Shown one piece after another: positions 10,528 through 20,692 of a DNA stretch of 64,000 bases. Each line of letters starts with the position of its first letter. The first letter of the stretch is position 1. The stretch spans positions 64,603 to 128,602 of the forward strand of contig JAZUPT010000019.1 in the NCBI GenBank assembly GCA_045605345.1, written 5' to 3'. The position numbers and the translations under genes are program-made. The notes under the pieces are model-generated. The model worked only from the letters and a program-made list of their open reading frames with translations. It was not told the origin of the DNA and made no database searches. Source of the stretch: Candidatus Spyradenecus sp. GTDB taxonomy: Bacteria > Verrucomicrobiota > Kiritimatiellia > RFP12 > DVOR01.

Positions 10528-11274
10528 TTAGCGATCCTCAAGGTAGTGCAATCGCAATTTACCCATTAGGTCTTCGCCGAAACCTTCAAGGTCAACGCTT
10601 TCCGATTCCAAACGCCCCTGCAACAGGTTATAGCCAATTGTTGAGGGGATTGCTACCACGAGGCCAACCACCGTGGTAAGCAATGCCGAGGAGATGCCAG
10701 GAGCCAATTCTGCGATGTCAGCACTTCCACACGCAGCCATCGCTTGGAAGGCGTACATCACACCCCAAACGGTGCCGAAAAGACCCATGAGTGGCGCAGA
10801 ACTGGTGAAGATGGCAATCCACGTCATGCCAGGTCCGCTCAGATTGACGCATTGCTCTTCCACGGAGTGAGCGCAGACAGACTCCACGAGGTCCATTTGC
10901 TTTCGTGTGAGACTCAGGCGATAGGTGGGGTCAATGCTCATGCGTTGACGTTGTTCAACTGGCACCAACGTGGCGAGGCGTTCGCAACTCTTCACATAGA
11001 CGTTGCCCATCGGTGTTTCGGTGAGCGCATGCGGTGCGTGGGCATACTCCACGAAGATTTCCAAGGGGTCGTTCTTCTTTACGAAGGCGTCTACGAAGCG
11101 TGCCGAACGATTATGAATATCGTCAAGTCTTGCCTTCTTGCTTAACATCATCCCCCAAGAGCAGATGCTCATCACAATTTGGATGATGACAATCATCTGA
11201 CCCATGATGTCCGAGTCCATAAAGGCTCGGAAGGGGCCCGTGGTGCCTACGGCGAGCAGGAGCGAATCAAACAT
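10528..11274 (-). CDS. exbB: MotA/TolQ/ExbB proton channel
   Basis: 248 aa, three-transmembrane MotA/TolQ/ExbB architecture, adjacent to exbD. Confidence 0.8.
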   Translation of the reverse strand: MFDSLLLAVGTTGPFRAFMDSDIMGQMIVIIQIVMSICSWGMMLSKKARLDDIHNRSARFVDAFVKKNDPLEIFVEYAHAPHALTETPMGNVYVKSCERLATLVPVEQRQRMSIDPTYRLSLTRKQMDLVESVCAHSVEEQCVNLSGPGMTWIAIFTSSAPLMGLFGTVWGVMYAFQAMAACGSADIAELAPGISSALLTTVVGLVVAIPSTIGYNLLQGRLESESVDLEGFGEDLMGKLRLHYLEDR

Positions 11275-11281
11275 GGTTCAC

Positions 11282-12991
11282 TTAAATCCTTTCCGGAGTC
11301 GGAATACCGAGCAAGGTCAAACCAGCACGCAAGACCTTAGAGACGGCATCGCACAAGCGGATACGGCAATCACGCACTGCGGGATCCGCCTTCAATACGG
11401 GCGAACACTGGTAGAAGCTGCTATAGAGTTGGCTGAGCTGGTAGAGGTAGTCTGCTAAGACGCTCGGCTTACAGAGGTCACCTGCGCGCTGCACGGCATT
11501 GGGATATTGCAAGAGGTGAAGGGCGAGGGCCTTTTCGGCATCGCCGGTGATTAGGAGCGGATTGTCCTTTGGCTTGCGACCCGTTTCTGCGCGATAACGT
11601 GCGAGCAGGGAGTTCAGGCGGGCGTTAGCATATTGCAAGTAGGGGCCGCTATTGCCTTCAAGCGCAAGGGCACGTTCCCAAGTGAAGACAATCATTGTGG
11701 CAGGGTCGTGGGAGAGGTCGGCATACTTAATGGCGCCGATGCCGATTGCTTCAGCGAGGGTTGCGCGTTCCTCTTCGGTCCAATCGGGGTGACTTTCGTC
11801 CACAATCTTGCGTGCACGGGCAGCTGCTTCATCGAGGAGTGTTTCAAGTTTAATCACGTTGCCTTGGCGTGTGGAGAAGGTGCCTTCAGGCAAGCGCATG
11901 AGACCGAAGGGAACGTGCTGGAGTGCCGCCTTGGCGCAGAAGCCAAGCTTGCCGCAGATGGCGAAGAATTGCTTGAAGTGAAGTTGCTGACGATCATCGG
12001 TGACGTAGATGATACGCGCAGGGTCAAATTCTTCAGTACGCGACTTGACCGTGGCGATGTCGGTGGAGGTGTAGTTGAAGCCGCCGTCACGCTTGCGAAC
12101 AATGGCCACTTCCAAGCCTTCATCCTTCATGTCCACAATCCATGCGCCTTCGCTCAAGGTGGCTAAGCCCTTTTCCTTGAGCGTTTCAACGACGGGCTCC
12201 AACATCGGCTGGTAGTAGCTTTCGCCACGATAGAGGTCGAAGCTTACATCAAGGCGGTTATAGATGCGACCAAATTCACCGAGGGAGATTTCAATAAAGC
12301 GCTTCCATACAGCGAGGTTGGCTTCGTCACCAGCCTGCAACTTCACGAGCTCTTCACGGCAGGCGTCCAACCATGCGGGATCTTCCTTGGTGGCGTTGTA
12401 GCTCTGCACGTAGACCTTTTCGAGGAGTTCTACCGTGAGGTTGGCGCGTTCGTCATCGGTGAGGAAGTGGCGGTAGCCCATGATGAGGATGCCAAATTGC
12501 GTTCCCCAGTCACCAAGGTGGTTGTCGGCAATGACGAGATAACCCAGCGCACGCAGGATGCGGTCAATCGCATTACCAATTACCGTGCTACGAATGTGGC
12601 CGATGTGCATCGGCTTCGCCACGTTAGGGGAGGAGTAGTCAATGACAACCTTTTCGTTCGCACCGCTCTGCGGAACGCCAAGGTGGGGATCATTGCTGAG
12701 CGATTCCACGCCATCAGCGAGGGCGCGGTTCGAGAGGGTTAAGTTGATAAAACCAGGTCCTGCGACTTCTGCCTTTTCCAAAATATCAGGCAAGGGGAGT
12801 GCCTGAATTACGGCATCGGCTAATGCGCGCGGATTTTTGCCTGCACGCTTGGCGATGCCCATGGCATCATTGCACTGCCAGTCGCCAAAACGCGAATCCT
12901 TTGAGGGCACAACTTTGCCACCGCCACATCCAGGCTCTACTGCTTCAAATGCCGCGCTCAACCACTGCTTTACAAGACCTTCGCAATCCAT
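11282..12991 (-). CDS. argS: Arginyl-tRNA synthetase
   Basis: 569 aa; HIGH motif region PMHIGHIRSTVIGNAI and a class-I anticodon-binding C-terminal domain. Confidence 0.9.
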   Translation of the reverse strand: MDCEGLVKQWLSAAFEAVEPGCGGGKVVPSKDSRFGDWQCNDAMGIAKRAGKNPRALADAVIQALPLPDILEKAEVAGPGFINLTLSNRALADGVESLSNDPHLGVPQSGANEKVVIDYSSPNVAKPMHIGHIRSTVIGNAIDRILRALGYLVIADNHLGDWGTQFGILIMGYRHFLTDDERANLTVELLEKVYVQSYNATKEDPAWLDACREELVKLQAGDEANLAVWKRFIEISLGEFGRIYNRLDVSFDLYRGESYYQPMLEPVVETLKEKGLATLSEGAWIVDMKDEGLEVAIVRKRDGGFNYTSTDIATVKSRTEEFDPARIIYVTDDRQQLHFKQFFAICGKLGFCAKAALQHVPFGLMRLPEGTFSTRQGNVIKLETLLDEAAARARKIVDESHPDWTEEERATLAEAIGIGAIKYADLSHDPATMIVFTWERALALEGNSGPYLQYANARLNSLLARYRAETGRKPKDNPLLITGDAEKALALHLLQYPNAVQRAGDLCKPSVLADYLYQLSQLYSSFYQCSPVLKADPAVRDCRIRLCDAVSKVLRAGLTLLGIPTPERI

Positions 12992-13230
12992 AACCTAAAA
13001 AACTCCTAATAAAGAAAAATCATATTTATTCTATCACAAAATAAGTGCGCACGCGTGTACTAATAGAAGAGAAAGCGTGTTAATTTCTACTGAAATACGC
13101 ACAAAAGTCTTTTTGCGTGAGGAATTTAAGCATTTTGAAGAAGGCTTGGAGGAATAAAGCACAAGGACGCGACTCGGGTCGCGTCCTTGTGATACGTCTT
13201 TTCCACCCGCATCGGGTGTCATAGATGGGT

Positions 13231-15051
13231 TTAACGCTTGAAGGAATCCTTCAAAGTTACCGTGCGGTTGAAGACGGGTGTGCCAGGCTTGGAAGCATGG
13301 ATATCTGGCGTGAAGTAGCCAACGCGTTCAAACTGATAGTGTTCGCCAGGAAGGGCGTCGCCGAGGAGGGGCTCCACGTATGCCGTAATCGTCTTTATGC
13401 TTTCTGGTGCGAGGGCATCAAGGAAGTTGCCACTCGGGCACGACATGGGGTCTTCCAATGCGAAGAGGCGGTCGTAGAGACGCACTTCTGCGGTCTTCGC
13501 GTACTTGGCGCTGACCCAGTGGATGGTACCCTTGACCTTGCGCCCATCAGAGGGATTGCCTCCCTTGCTCTGGGGGTCGTAGGTGCCGTGGATTTCGGTA
13601 ACATTACCCTCTGCATCCTTCACGATGTGCGTGCAAGTAAAGAGGCAGAGGCCGCGCAGACGTACCTCGTTGCCGACTGTGACACGGAAGAATTTCTTCA
13701 CGGGAACTTCCATGAAGTCATCACGGTCAATCCAAAGCTCACGACCGGAGCGAAGTACGCGTTTGCCCGCAGTTTCGTCTTCAGGATTGTTCGGCACTTC
13801 GGCAGTGAGTTCTGCGTCCTCAGGCAGGTTGTCAATGACGAGCTTGACCGGGTCCAAAACCGCCATACGACGCGTGGAGATGCGGTTTAAGTCGTCTCTG
13901 ACACACCACTCAAGTAATGCAAGATCGGTGAGCGATTTGTACTTTGAAACGCCCGTGCGTTCGCAGAGGTCGCGAATGGCCGCTGCGGTATATCCGCGAC
14001 GACGCATACCTGCCACGGTGGGCATACGGGGGTCATCCCAGCCGTCCACGTGACCTTCTTCCACTAATTGACGGAGCAGGCGCTTACTCATCACGGTGTA
14101 GGTGAGGTTGAGACGGGCAAATTCGCGCTGCTGCGGGCGAATTGTCTTACCATCGCGCACAACCAGACGGCCCTGTTCTGCGAGGCGGTCAATCACCCAA
14201 TCATAGAGCGGACGGTGGACTTCAAATTCAAGGGTGCACATGGAGTGTGTCACCCCTTCGAGCGCATCTTCAATCGGATGCGCGAAGTCATACATCGGAT
14301 AGCAATGCCACTTGTCGCCAGTGTGATAGTGCGGCTGATTGACAATGCGGTAAATCACTGGGTCGCGGAAGTGGATGTTGGGCGAAGCCATATCAATCTT
14401 CGCACGCAAACAACGCGTACCTTCGGCGAATTCGCCAGCGCGCATCCGACGGAAGAGGTCAAGGTTTTCTTCTGGACTGCGATCGCGATAAGGAGAGGGT
14501 TTGCCGGGTTCCTGCGGAATGCCGCGATAAGCCTTCCACTCATCCTGCGAGAGTTCGCACACATAGGCTTGGCCGCGACGAATAAGTTCTTCTGCGATGT
14601 CCCACATGGTTTCAAACATATCGCAGGCGTAGAAGAACTTGTCCCACGAATAGCCAAGCCAAGAGATGTCTTTCTTTAACTGCTCGACGAATTCATCCGT
14701 TTCTTTTGACGGGTTGGTATCGTCCATACGTAAGTGACACTTGCCGTTAAAGAGGCTCGCCATACCGAAATCAACCCACACCGCCTTTGCGTGGCCAATG
14801 TGAATCCATCCATTGGGTTCGGGAGGGAAACGAGTCACCACCGTGCCGTCATTCTTGCCTGCGGCGAGGTCTTCTTCAATCCATTGACGTAAAAAGTGGC
14901 GTGCGGTATCCGATTCGGTTGCGGGGTTCAATGACGCTTTGTCTTCCATAATCCTTGCATCCTTAAAAAATAAAATCCGCATAAGTATACCAAATTTACG
15001 CATGAATAGTGTATTTTGATACACTGTTAGTATGAAGTTTTCGCTTTCCAC
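13231..15051 (-). CDS. glnS: Glutaminyl-tRNA synthetase. The true start is probably the internal MEDKAS near position 14947
   Basis: TRFPPEPNGWIHIGHAKA (HIGH motif), VMSKR (the KMSKS equivalent), and a C-terminal beta-barrel anticodon-binding region. A stem-loop terminator lies downstream at 13169-13196. Confidence 0.8.
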   Translation of the reverse strand: MESENFILTVYQNTLFMRKFGILMRILFFKDARIMEDKASLNPATESDTARHFLRQWIEEDLAAGKNDGTVVTRFPPEPNGWIHIGHAKAVWVDFGMASLFNGKCHLRMDDTNPSKETDEFVEQLKKDISWLGYSWDKFFYACDMFETMWDIAEELIRRGQAYVCELSQDEWKAYRGIPQEPGKPSPYRDRSPEENLDLFRRMRAGEFAEGTRCLRAKIDMASPNIHFRDPVIYRIVNQPHYHTGDKWHCYPMYDFAHPIEDALEGVTHSMCTLEFEVHRPLYDWVIDRLAEQGRLVVRDGKTIRPQQREFARLNLTYTVMSKRLLRQLVEEGHVDGWDDPRMPTVAGMRRRGYTAAAIRDLCERTGVSKYKSLTDLALLEWCVRDDLNRISTRRMAVLDPVKLVIDNLPEDAELTAEVPNNPEDETAGKRVLRSGRELWIDRDDFMEVPVKKFFRVTVGNEVRLRGLCLFTCTHIVKDAEGNVTEIHGTYDPQSKGGNPSDGRKVKGTIHWVSAKYAKTAEVRLYDRLFALEDPMSCPSGNFLDALAPESIKTITAYVEPLLGDALPGEHYQFERVGYFTPDIHASKPGTPVFNRTVTLKDSFKR

Positions 15052-15982
15052 CTCTTATTTTGCTGGTCGCCATTATGCGCCAGAAGAAATGGCCGCTCGT
15101 ACGGTTGCTCTCGGCTTTGCGACGGTTGAGTTGGGTTATTTTACGCGTGATGTGGAGCTTGATGCGTGGGAGGATGCGCTTACGGCCGAAGGGCTCACCG
15201 TTTCAAGTGTTCATGCGTTTTGCCCAATGCCGCTGAGTATGCCTCAACTTGGCCCAGAGGTGTTCAGCCTCGCTTCTCCTGATGCGGAAGAACGTCAAGC
15301 TGCGATTCAAGCCATGCTTCGTACATTAGATGCGGCGGCGCGATTTGGCGCACGTGCGATTGTTACCCATGGGGGGCGCGTTGAACTTCGCGAGCCAGGT
15401 CGCCTTTTTGGTTCGCGCCCGTATCGTTCCCAACTTTCTCGCGCACTTCAAGCAACAGGTCAGGCTGATCTGAACCTCGTTGAACGCGAACGCGCCTACC
15501 GTGAAGCCGCCGCCCCCCACTGGGTGGACGCTGTTTCGTTTGCGTTGGACATGCTTTTGCCACGCTTTGAAGATGCAGGCATTGCGCTCGCTTTTGAGAA
15601 TTTGCCGGGCTTGGAAGCCTTCCCCGATCCAGCGGAATGCGCTTTTTTGCGTGAACGCTTCCCTTCGCCCTTCCTTACGGCTTGGTATGACATTGGCCAT
15701 GGCGAACGCAAAGCCCGTACGGGCGATTGGCCTGTTGCTGAAACGCTTGCGCTTACGTTAGACTTTACCGTTGGCACTCACATCCACGATGTGCGTGGAT
15801 TGGAAGAAGATCACTGCGCCCCTGGTGAGGGGGAGGTGGATTATCACGCCTTGATGCCCCTCTTGCGCAAGCTGGGTCTTATTCGCGTCTTTGAACCTGC
15901 GCCGAATGTCAATCCCGCAGCACTTCAAGCGGGACGCGAACACCTGGAGGCGCTTTTAGCTGACATTCCTGATACGCTTTGA
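15032..15982 (+). CDS. Sugar phosphate isomerase/epimerase with a xylose-isomerase-like TIM barrel
   Basis: 316 aa, AP-endonuclease-2 / xylose-isomerase-like pattern (GFATVELGYF ... IVTHGG ... LAFENLPG). Confidence 0.6.
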   Translation: MKFSLSTSYFAGRHYAPEEMAARTVALGFATVELGYFTRDVELDAWEDALTAEGLTVSSVHAFCPMPLSMPQLGPEVFSLASPDAEERQAAIQAMLRTLDAAARFGARAIVTHGGRVELREPGRLFGSRPYRSQLSRALQATGQADLNLVERERAYREAAAPHWVDAVSFALDMLLPRFEDAGIALAFENLPGLEAFPDPAECAFLRERFPSPFLTAWYDIGHGERKARTGDWPVAETLALTLDFTVGTHIHDVRGLEEDHCAPGEGEVDYHALMPLLRKLGLIRVFEPAPNVNPAALQAGREHLEALLADIPDTL

Positions 15983-16575
15983 TGATTAATTACTTTTTGA
16001 AAGATGGCACGATGAAACAAATTCTTTTTCCGATGTTCGTCATTACACTTCTTGGTTGCGTGGGGTGCACGACTCCACTTGCAGAGACTCCTATGAATGA
16101 GGTGGACGCCTATGTCGCCTTCTGTCGCGACTTGGCACTTGATGGCGAGCGGACTCCCGATGCATTACGCAGTCCTATTCATGCGCATGAGTATAAAACG
16201 GACTGTAGCATTGTCTATGCCGATGCCGATTATTTGAGCTATCGAGTTGAAGCTTTTGAATACACGGGCGGCGCACATGGGATGACCACTGTAACCGTGG
16301 GAACCCTTGATCGCAAAACGGGATGCAAACTGACTGTTGCAGAACTCCTTTCACGCACAAACCTTTCTGCGCATCAAGATGCAATTAAAGCCTCAATCAT
16401 CCAACGCCTCGGTGGGGCAGAAAACTTGTTAGTACCCCTCACGCTCACGGATAATTGTTACCTTGCAGAAGACGGTCTCCACTTCGTCTACAATCCCCTT
16501 GAAATCGCTTGTTACGCCGCAGGCCTTATCGAAGTCACCATCCCCTACAAAAAAGAATGTAGGGGATGGCGATAG
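15979..16575 (+). CDS. DUF3298/DUF4163-like lipoprotein (RsiV / PdaC C-terminal-like)
   Basis: Lipobox LLGCVGC; YRVEAFEYTGGAHGMTTVTVGTLD, characteristic of the DUF3298 family. Confidence 0.55.
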   Translation: MMINYFLKDGTMKQILFPMFVITLLGCVGCTTPLAETPMNEVDAYVAFCRDLALDGERTPDALRSPIHAHEYKTDCSIVYADADYLSYRVEAFEYTGGAHGMTTVTVGTLDRKTGCKLTVAELLSRTNLSAHQDAIKASIIQRLGGAENLLVPLTLTDNCYLAEDGLHFVYNPLEIACYAAGLIEVTIPYKKECRGWR

Positions 16576-16640
16576 GAGCGTGTGTAAGTGTTTTTAACCT
16601 TTAGGTAAAAGCGTAAATTCTTTTACTTTTATGCAAATAA

Positions 16641-17696
16641 CTATGTACGCTTTAGAAATTTAAACCTAAAGAGAAGCCAAAGATAGGCAATTTTATGACG
16701 GAAACTTACATCACGAAATGAGATTTTCTTTTCAATAAAGAATTCATAAAGAATGTCTGTAAATGCACGAAGTCGCAAATCGCGTTCTTCACGTGACAAT
16801 GATTTTCCACGTCGAATCATATTGAACGTAATCTTCAGAAACTTAATGATGTACCATTTACGTTGATGAGCCCAAAGACCAATTGGGTCGTTCTTTTCTC
16901 GCTCTTCTGTGTAGAGGTCAAAGAGAAGACGGACCTCGGTATGCTGACAGGCGATTTTCTTAAGTGAGATAGTGTTATGCATCATTGAGTTTTCTTGCCC
17001 ACCATTGTAAAAATACAACACTGCTTGCGAGACAACCCATCGCTCGGCCTTTTGAAGCAAGGCGAAAGGACGCGGCAATGAGGCATCTGCTAAAAAGGGA
17101 TAAGTTCGGGCTAATGCAGTTGTTGAAAATTGAATCCAATTGTCGGTATGGATTTCATGTGCTTGGACGTATTGTTTAGGGGTATTCTGTCGAACGGAAT
17201 CATCAGCAATTATGATTGGAATTGTCTCAAAGTCTTTTGGCAGAGGCTGGGGTGATGGAGACTCCCCATAAAAGGTTTGATATCGGAATGCAATGAATTC
17301 TGCATGATAGTGCTCAAGAGCCCATAGAGAATACTCTAAAAGTTGTGGGTGCAATACGTCATCTTGGTCACATGCATAGAAAAATTTTCCACGAGCTAAA
17401 GAAAGACCATTGGAACGAGCCGCGGCAGGGCCAGTGTTGGGTTGTGTTACAACACGAATTCGAGAGTCTTTCGCAGCACATGCTTCCAATACTGCAAGTG
17501 TTTTTCCATTGTCCGTTGATCCGTCATTTACGCAAATGACTTCAAAGGACTGCTCTGTTTGTGCTTGAATACTCTCAAGCGTTCGTATAATCACCTCGCC
17601 GATATTGTAGACGGGAATAACGATTGAAACTTTTGGAGGAGTTGATTGCATACGAAGCCCTTTCGAGTTGAAATACATAAGACAATTCTCACTCAT
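16641..17696 (-). CDS. Family 2 glycosyltransferase. The likely start is MQSTPP near position 17651
   Basis: KVSIVIPVYNIGEVIIRTLESIQAQT ... VICVNDGSTDN ... CDQDD (GT-A fold with the DxD motif). The gene and both flanks are AT-rich relative to their neighbours. Confidence 0.8.
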   Translation of the reverse strand: MSENCLMYFNSKGLRMQSTPPKVSIVIPVYNIGEVIIRTLESIQAQTEQSFEVICVNDGSTDNGKTLAVLEACAAKDSRIRVVTQPNTGPAAARSNGLSLARGKFFYACDQDDVLHPQLLEYSLWALEHYHAEFIAFRYQTFYGESPSPQPLPKDFETIPIIIADDSVRQNTPKQYVQAHEIHTDNWIQFSTTALARTYPFLADASLPRPFALLQKAERWVVSQAVLYFYNGGQENSMMHNTISLKKIACQHTEVRLLFDLYTEEREKNDPIGLWAHQRKWYIIKFLKITFNMIRRGKSLSREERDLRLRAFTDILYEFFIEKKISFRDVSFRHKIAYLWLLFRFKFLKRT

Positions 17697-18015
17697 CTAT
17701 AGTTTATCTCAGGCGTTACAAAATTGTCAAACAATCTATTTGAATGATATTTTAGATTACGTTGATGGTTAAATTATGTGGAGAAGATACACTGTTTGTA
17801 GGGGATATGAGGGAGGTGTTTCTTCATATTGCGTAATCAGCCGTGAATCTATTCCTTTTGAGAGAGTATTGGTGATAATTTAAAATTATTGGCACTCGGG
17901 GTGTTTTTTAGTGCTTTTTGAGGGGTAAATGGGATTCTTTGCGTACATTCGCTTGCATCGCGTGCGAATTTTAGAGATAATAAGGAGCGTTTTCTATTTG
18001 AAATAAGGAGCGACT

Positions 18016-18930
18016 ATGAAATTTGATAAGCGCGGTGCGCTGATGGAAGTGAACGTCCCTGGCATGGATAAGATTCAGGGTAAGGTGCGCGATATCTATG
18101 ATCTTGGCGATAAGATTCTCATCGTTGTGACCGACCGTTTGAGCGCGTTTGACGTGATTATGGATGACGGTGTCCCTGGCAAGGGTAAGGTGTTGAATAG
18201 CATTTCGACCTTCTGGTTCCGCAAGTTGGGTCACATTTGCCCCACTCACTTGATTTCTGCGGATGTGAAAGACTATCCGGCTCCCTTCAATGAAATGCCT
18301 GAATTGCAGGGCCGTTCGATGTTGGTGCGTAAGTTGAAGGTTGTTCCTTACGAATGCATCGTGCGTGGTTATCTCACGGGAAGCGGTTGGGCAGAATACA
18401 AGAAGCAGGGCACGGTGAATGGTCAGCAGCTGCGCGAGGGTTATCAGAATGCCTCCAAGCTTGACGAAGTGCTCTTCACGCCCACCACGAAGGCTGCGAT
18501 TGGCGACCACGATATGGCTGTGACCGTTGAGGAAATGACCAAGGACGTGGGCGAAGCATTGGCGACGAAGCTTCGCGACCTCTCTATTGCGCTCTACACT
18601 GAAGCAGCAAAGCACGCAGAAAGCCGTGGTATTATCCTCGCCGATACGAAGTTTGAATTCGGTTTGGATGAAGCGGGCAATGTTGTTCTTGCGGACGAAG
18701 CTTTGACCCCTGACTCGTCTCGTTTCTGGGCGAAGTCTACCTATGCCATCGGCAGCAATCCTCCCAGCATGGATAAGCAGTTCGTGCGTGACTGGTTGGA
18801 CGCCATCAATTTCAACCATCAGCCTCCGGCACCTCCGTTGCCTGATGAGGTGATTGAAAAGACTCAGGCAATCTATGCCGAATGCTACACGCGCCTGACC
18901 GAAGGCGAAGCTTGCGCCCCCGTGCTTTAA
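18016..18930 (+). CDS. purC: Phosphoribosylaminoimidazole-succinocarboxamide synthase (SAICAR synthetase)
   Basis: 304 aa with the PurC family signature (KVRDIYDLGDKILIVVTDRLSAFD ... ILADTKFEFG). Two AAGGAG repeats lie upstream. Confidence 0.9.
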   Translation: MKFDKRGALMEVNVPGMDKIQGKVRDIYDLGDKILIVVTDRLSAFDVIMDDGVPGKGKVLNSISTFWFRKLGHICPTHLISADVKDYPAPFNEMPELQGRSMLVRKLKVVPYECIVRGYLTGSGWAEYKKQGTVNGQQLREGYQNASKLDEVLFTPTTKAAIGDHDMAVTVEEMTKDVGEALATKLRDLSIALYTEAAKHAESRGIILADTKFEFGLDEAGNVVLADEALTPDSSRFWAKSTYAIGSNPPSMDKQFVRDWLDAINFNHQPPAPPLPDEVIEKTQAIYAECYTRLTEGEACAPVL

Positions 18931-18931
18931 C

Positions 18932-20692
18932 ATGACGGCCGCAACGCCTTTCTTAATTCCCCCGCGTCGCTTTGATGCGCACGGGGGATTTTTTTCTCTT
19001 CCGCCGTATGCGGTGCTTACGTTTACCGCACCAGAGCCCCTTCCGCACGCCTTGCGTTTAGCCGAATCGCTTGTGCCGCAGGGTGGGGTGCGCCAATGTT
19101 GTACGGGCCCAAATTATACATTGACGTTTGGTGCGCCAGAGGCCTTACCTGAAGTGCCTGAGATTGTTTCGGAGGCTTCGCCAGAGGCGTATGCCTTTAC
19201 GATTGCACCAGAGGGCGTGGCGGCGCGTGCGACTTCGGCAGAGGGGCTTTTTCGGTGTTGTGCTTTTTTAAAACGTGAATTGGCGCGCGGTCAATTGCCG
19301 TGCGGGTGCGGCGAGGATGCCCCGCAAAAGGCGGTGCGTGGGGTGATGCTTGATGTCTCGCGTAATCGCACCTATAGCTTGAAGACGCTCTTCAGCGTGG
19401 TGGACCAACTCGTCTTGTTGGGCATGAATCGCTTAGAGCTTTACTTTGAAAATGTCTTTGCTTATCGCGACCATGCTGCGGTGTGGGGGAAGACTTCGCC
19501 GTACACCCCTGCGGATATTGCGGCATTGGAGGCCTACTGTGCGGCGCGATTTGTTCAACTTGTTCCGAATCAAAATACCTTGGGACACTTTGAACGTTGG
19601 CTGAAGCATCCGGACTATTTACGTTATGCAGAGTTGCCACAGGGAGGCGCGCGGACGCCATGGGGCAGTATTCAGGCGCATCCCACGGGCCTTTTTGCAG
19701 CCGACCGCGCCACGCGTGATTTTGTGAAGGGGCTTCTTAATGAACTCTTGCCCTGCTTTCCGCATGCGACGACGGTGAATCTTGGCGGCGATGAGGTCTT
19801 TGATTTGGGGCAGGGGCGTTCGCAGTGTGAGGATAAAGCGGCGCTTTATTTGGGCTATATGCGTGAAATGGCCGATGTTGCGTTGCATCATGGCAAACGT
19901 CCAGAGCTTTGGGCGGATATGTTGATTCGCCATCCAGAGATTTTGCCTGAGGTTAAACGTATCTTACCAGAGGCGCGTTGGCTCGTGTGGGGTTATGAAG
20001 CTTCTGACCCAATTGTCGCGAATGCGGAACGATTGCAAGCGGAGGGCTTGGAGGTTGTCGTCAGTCCAGGTACTTCATCGTGGCGTAGTTTCTGCGGTAG
20101 AACGTCCAATATGCTCGCCAATATTCGAGCCGCCGCATCTGTGGCATCGTCAGGCATTCTGCTTACAGACTGGGGCGATGCGGGTCATTGGCAACCCCTT
20201 GCGATTTCCCTTCCTGCGCTTGCCTTTGCTGGTGCACTTGCGTGGAATTCAACTGCAGAGCCTGATGTGGCGGCATTAACGGATGTTTTATGCGGTGAAG
20301 ATGGGTTGGGTGAGTGCCTCTTACGCTTGGGCGATACTTACCTAACGGCAAATGCTGCTGCGGGTAATGCCACAAAACTCTTCCAAGCCTATAATCTGCC
20401 ACTTTCTGATGCGCCGAAGTTGGAACCCGATGCGCTCCGTAAAACGCTTGATGAACTGGATGAACTCGCTGCATTGCCAGTGCTCTCGGGAAGCTCCCTT
20501 GCCGTACGTGAGACGCGTTATGCTCTGGAATTGCAACGGCTCGCAGTGCTTCGCGCCTTACAAACGCCGGGATTACGTCGTAGACGTGCCGCACTTGCCG
20601 CCCAGATGTCGCTCTTGTGGGTTGAACGTGGCCCGCGTGCACAATTAGATGACTCTCTGTCGGCTTTTCTTTCACAGGAGTTGCCAGAATGA
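18932..20692 (+). CDS. GH20-family beta-N-acetylhexosaminidase-like protein
   Basis: RGVMLDVSRNRTYSLKTL ... LGMNRLELYFEN ... VPNQNTLGHFE ... NLGGDEVF, the GH20 catalytic TIM-barrel pattern. Confidence 0.65.
   Translation: MTAATPFLIPPRRFDAHGGFFSLPPYAVLTFTAPEPLPHALRLAESLVPQGGVRQCCTGPNYTLTFGAPEALPEVPEIVSEASPEAYAFTIAPEGVAARATSAEGLFRCCAFLKRELARGQLPCGCGEDAPQKAVRGVMLDVSRNRTYSLKTLFSVVDQLVLLGMNRLELYFENVFAYRDHAAVWGKTSPYTPADIAALEAYCAARFVQLVPNQNTLGHFERWLKHPDYLRYAELPQGGARTPWGSIQAHPTGLFAADRATRDFVKGLLNELLPCFPHATTVNLGGDEVFDLGQGRSQCEDKAALYLGYMREMADVALHHGKRPELWADMLIRHPEILPEVKRILPEARWLVWGYEASDPIVANAERLQAEGLEVVVSPGTSSWRSFCGRTSNMLANIRAAASVASSGILLTDWGDAGHWQPLAISLPALAFAGALAWNSTAEPDVAALTDVLCGEDGLGECLLRLGDTYLTANAAAGNATKLFQAYNLPLSDAPKLEPDALRKTLDELDELAALPVLSGSSLAVRETRYALELQRLAVLRALQTPGLRRRRAALAAQMSLLWVERGPRAQLDDSLSAFLSQELPE

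Noticed and set aside
13225-14679. Plus-strand ORFs of 221 and 203 aa.
   Set aside because: Antisense to glnS, which has a HIGH motif and is clearly the real gene.
17700-18015. A purine or ZTP riboswitch upstream of purC.
   Set aside because: I could not find the conserved purine-riboswitch core (the U-rich junction and paired P2/P3 loops) or pfl-motif elements. Only two AAGGAG repeats and AT-rich sequence are present.
17971-18933. A 320-aa minus-strand ORF.
   Set aside because: Exactly antisense to purC, whose product is unambiguous.
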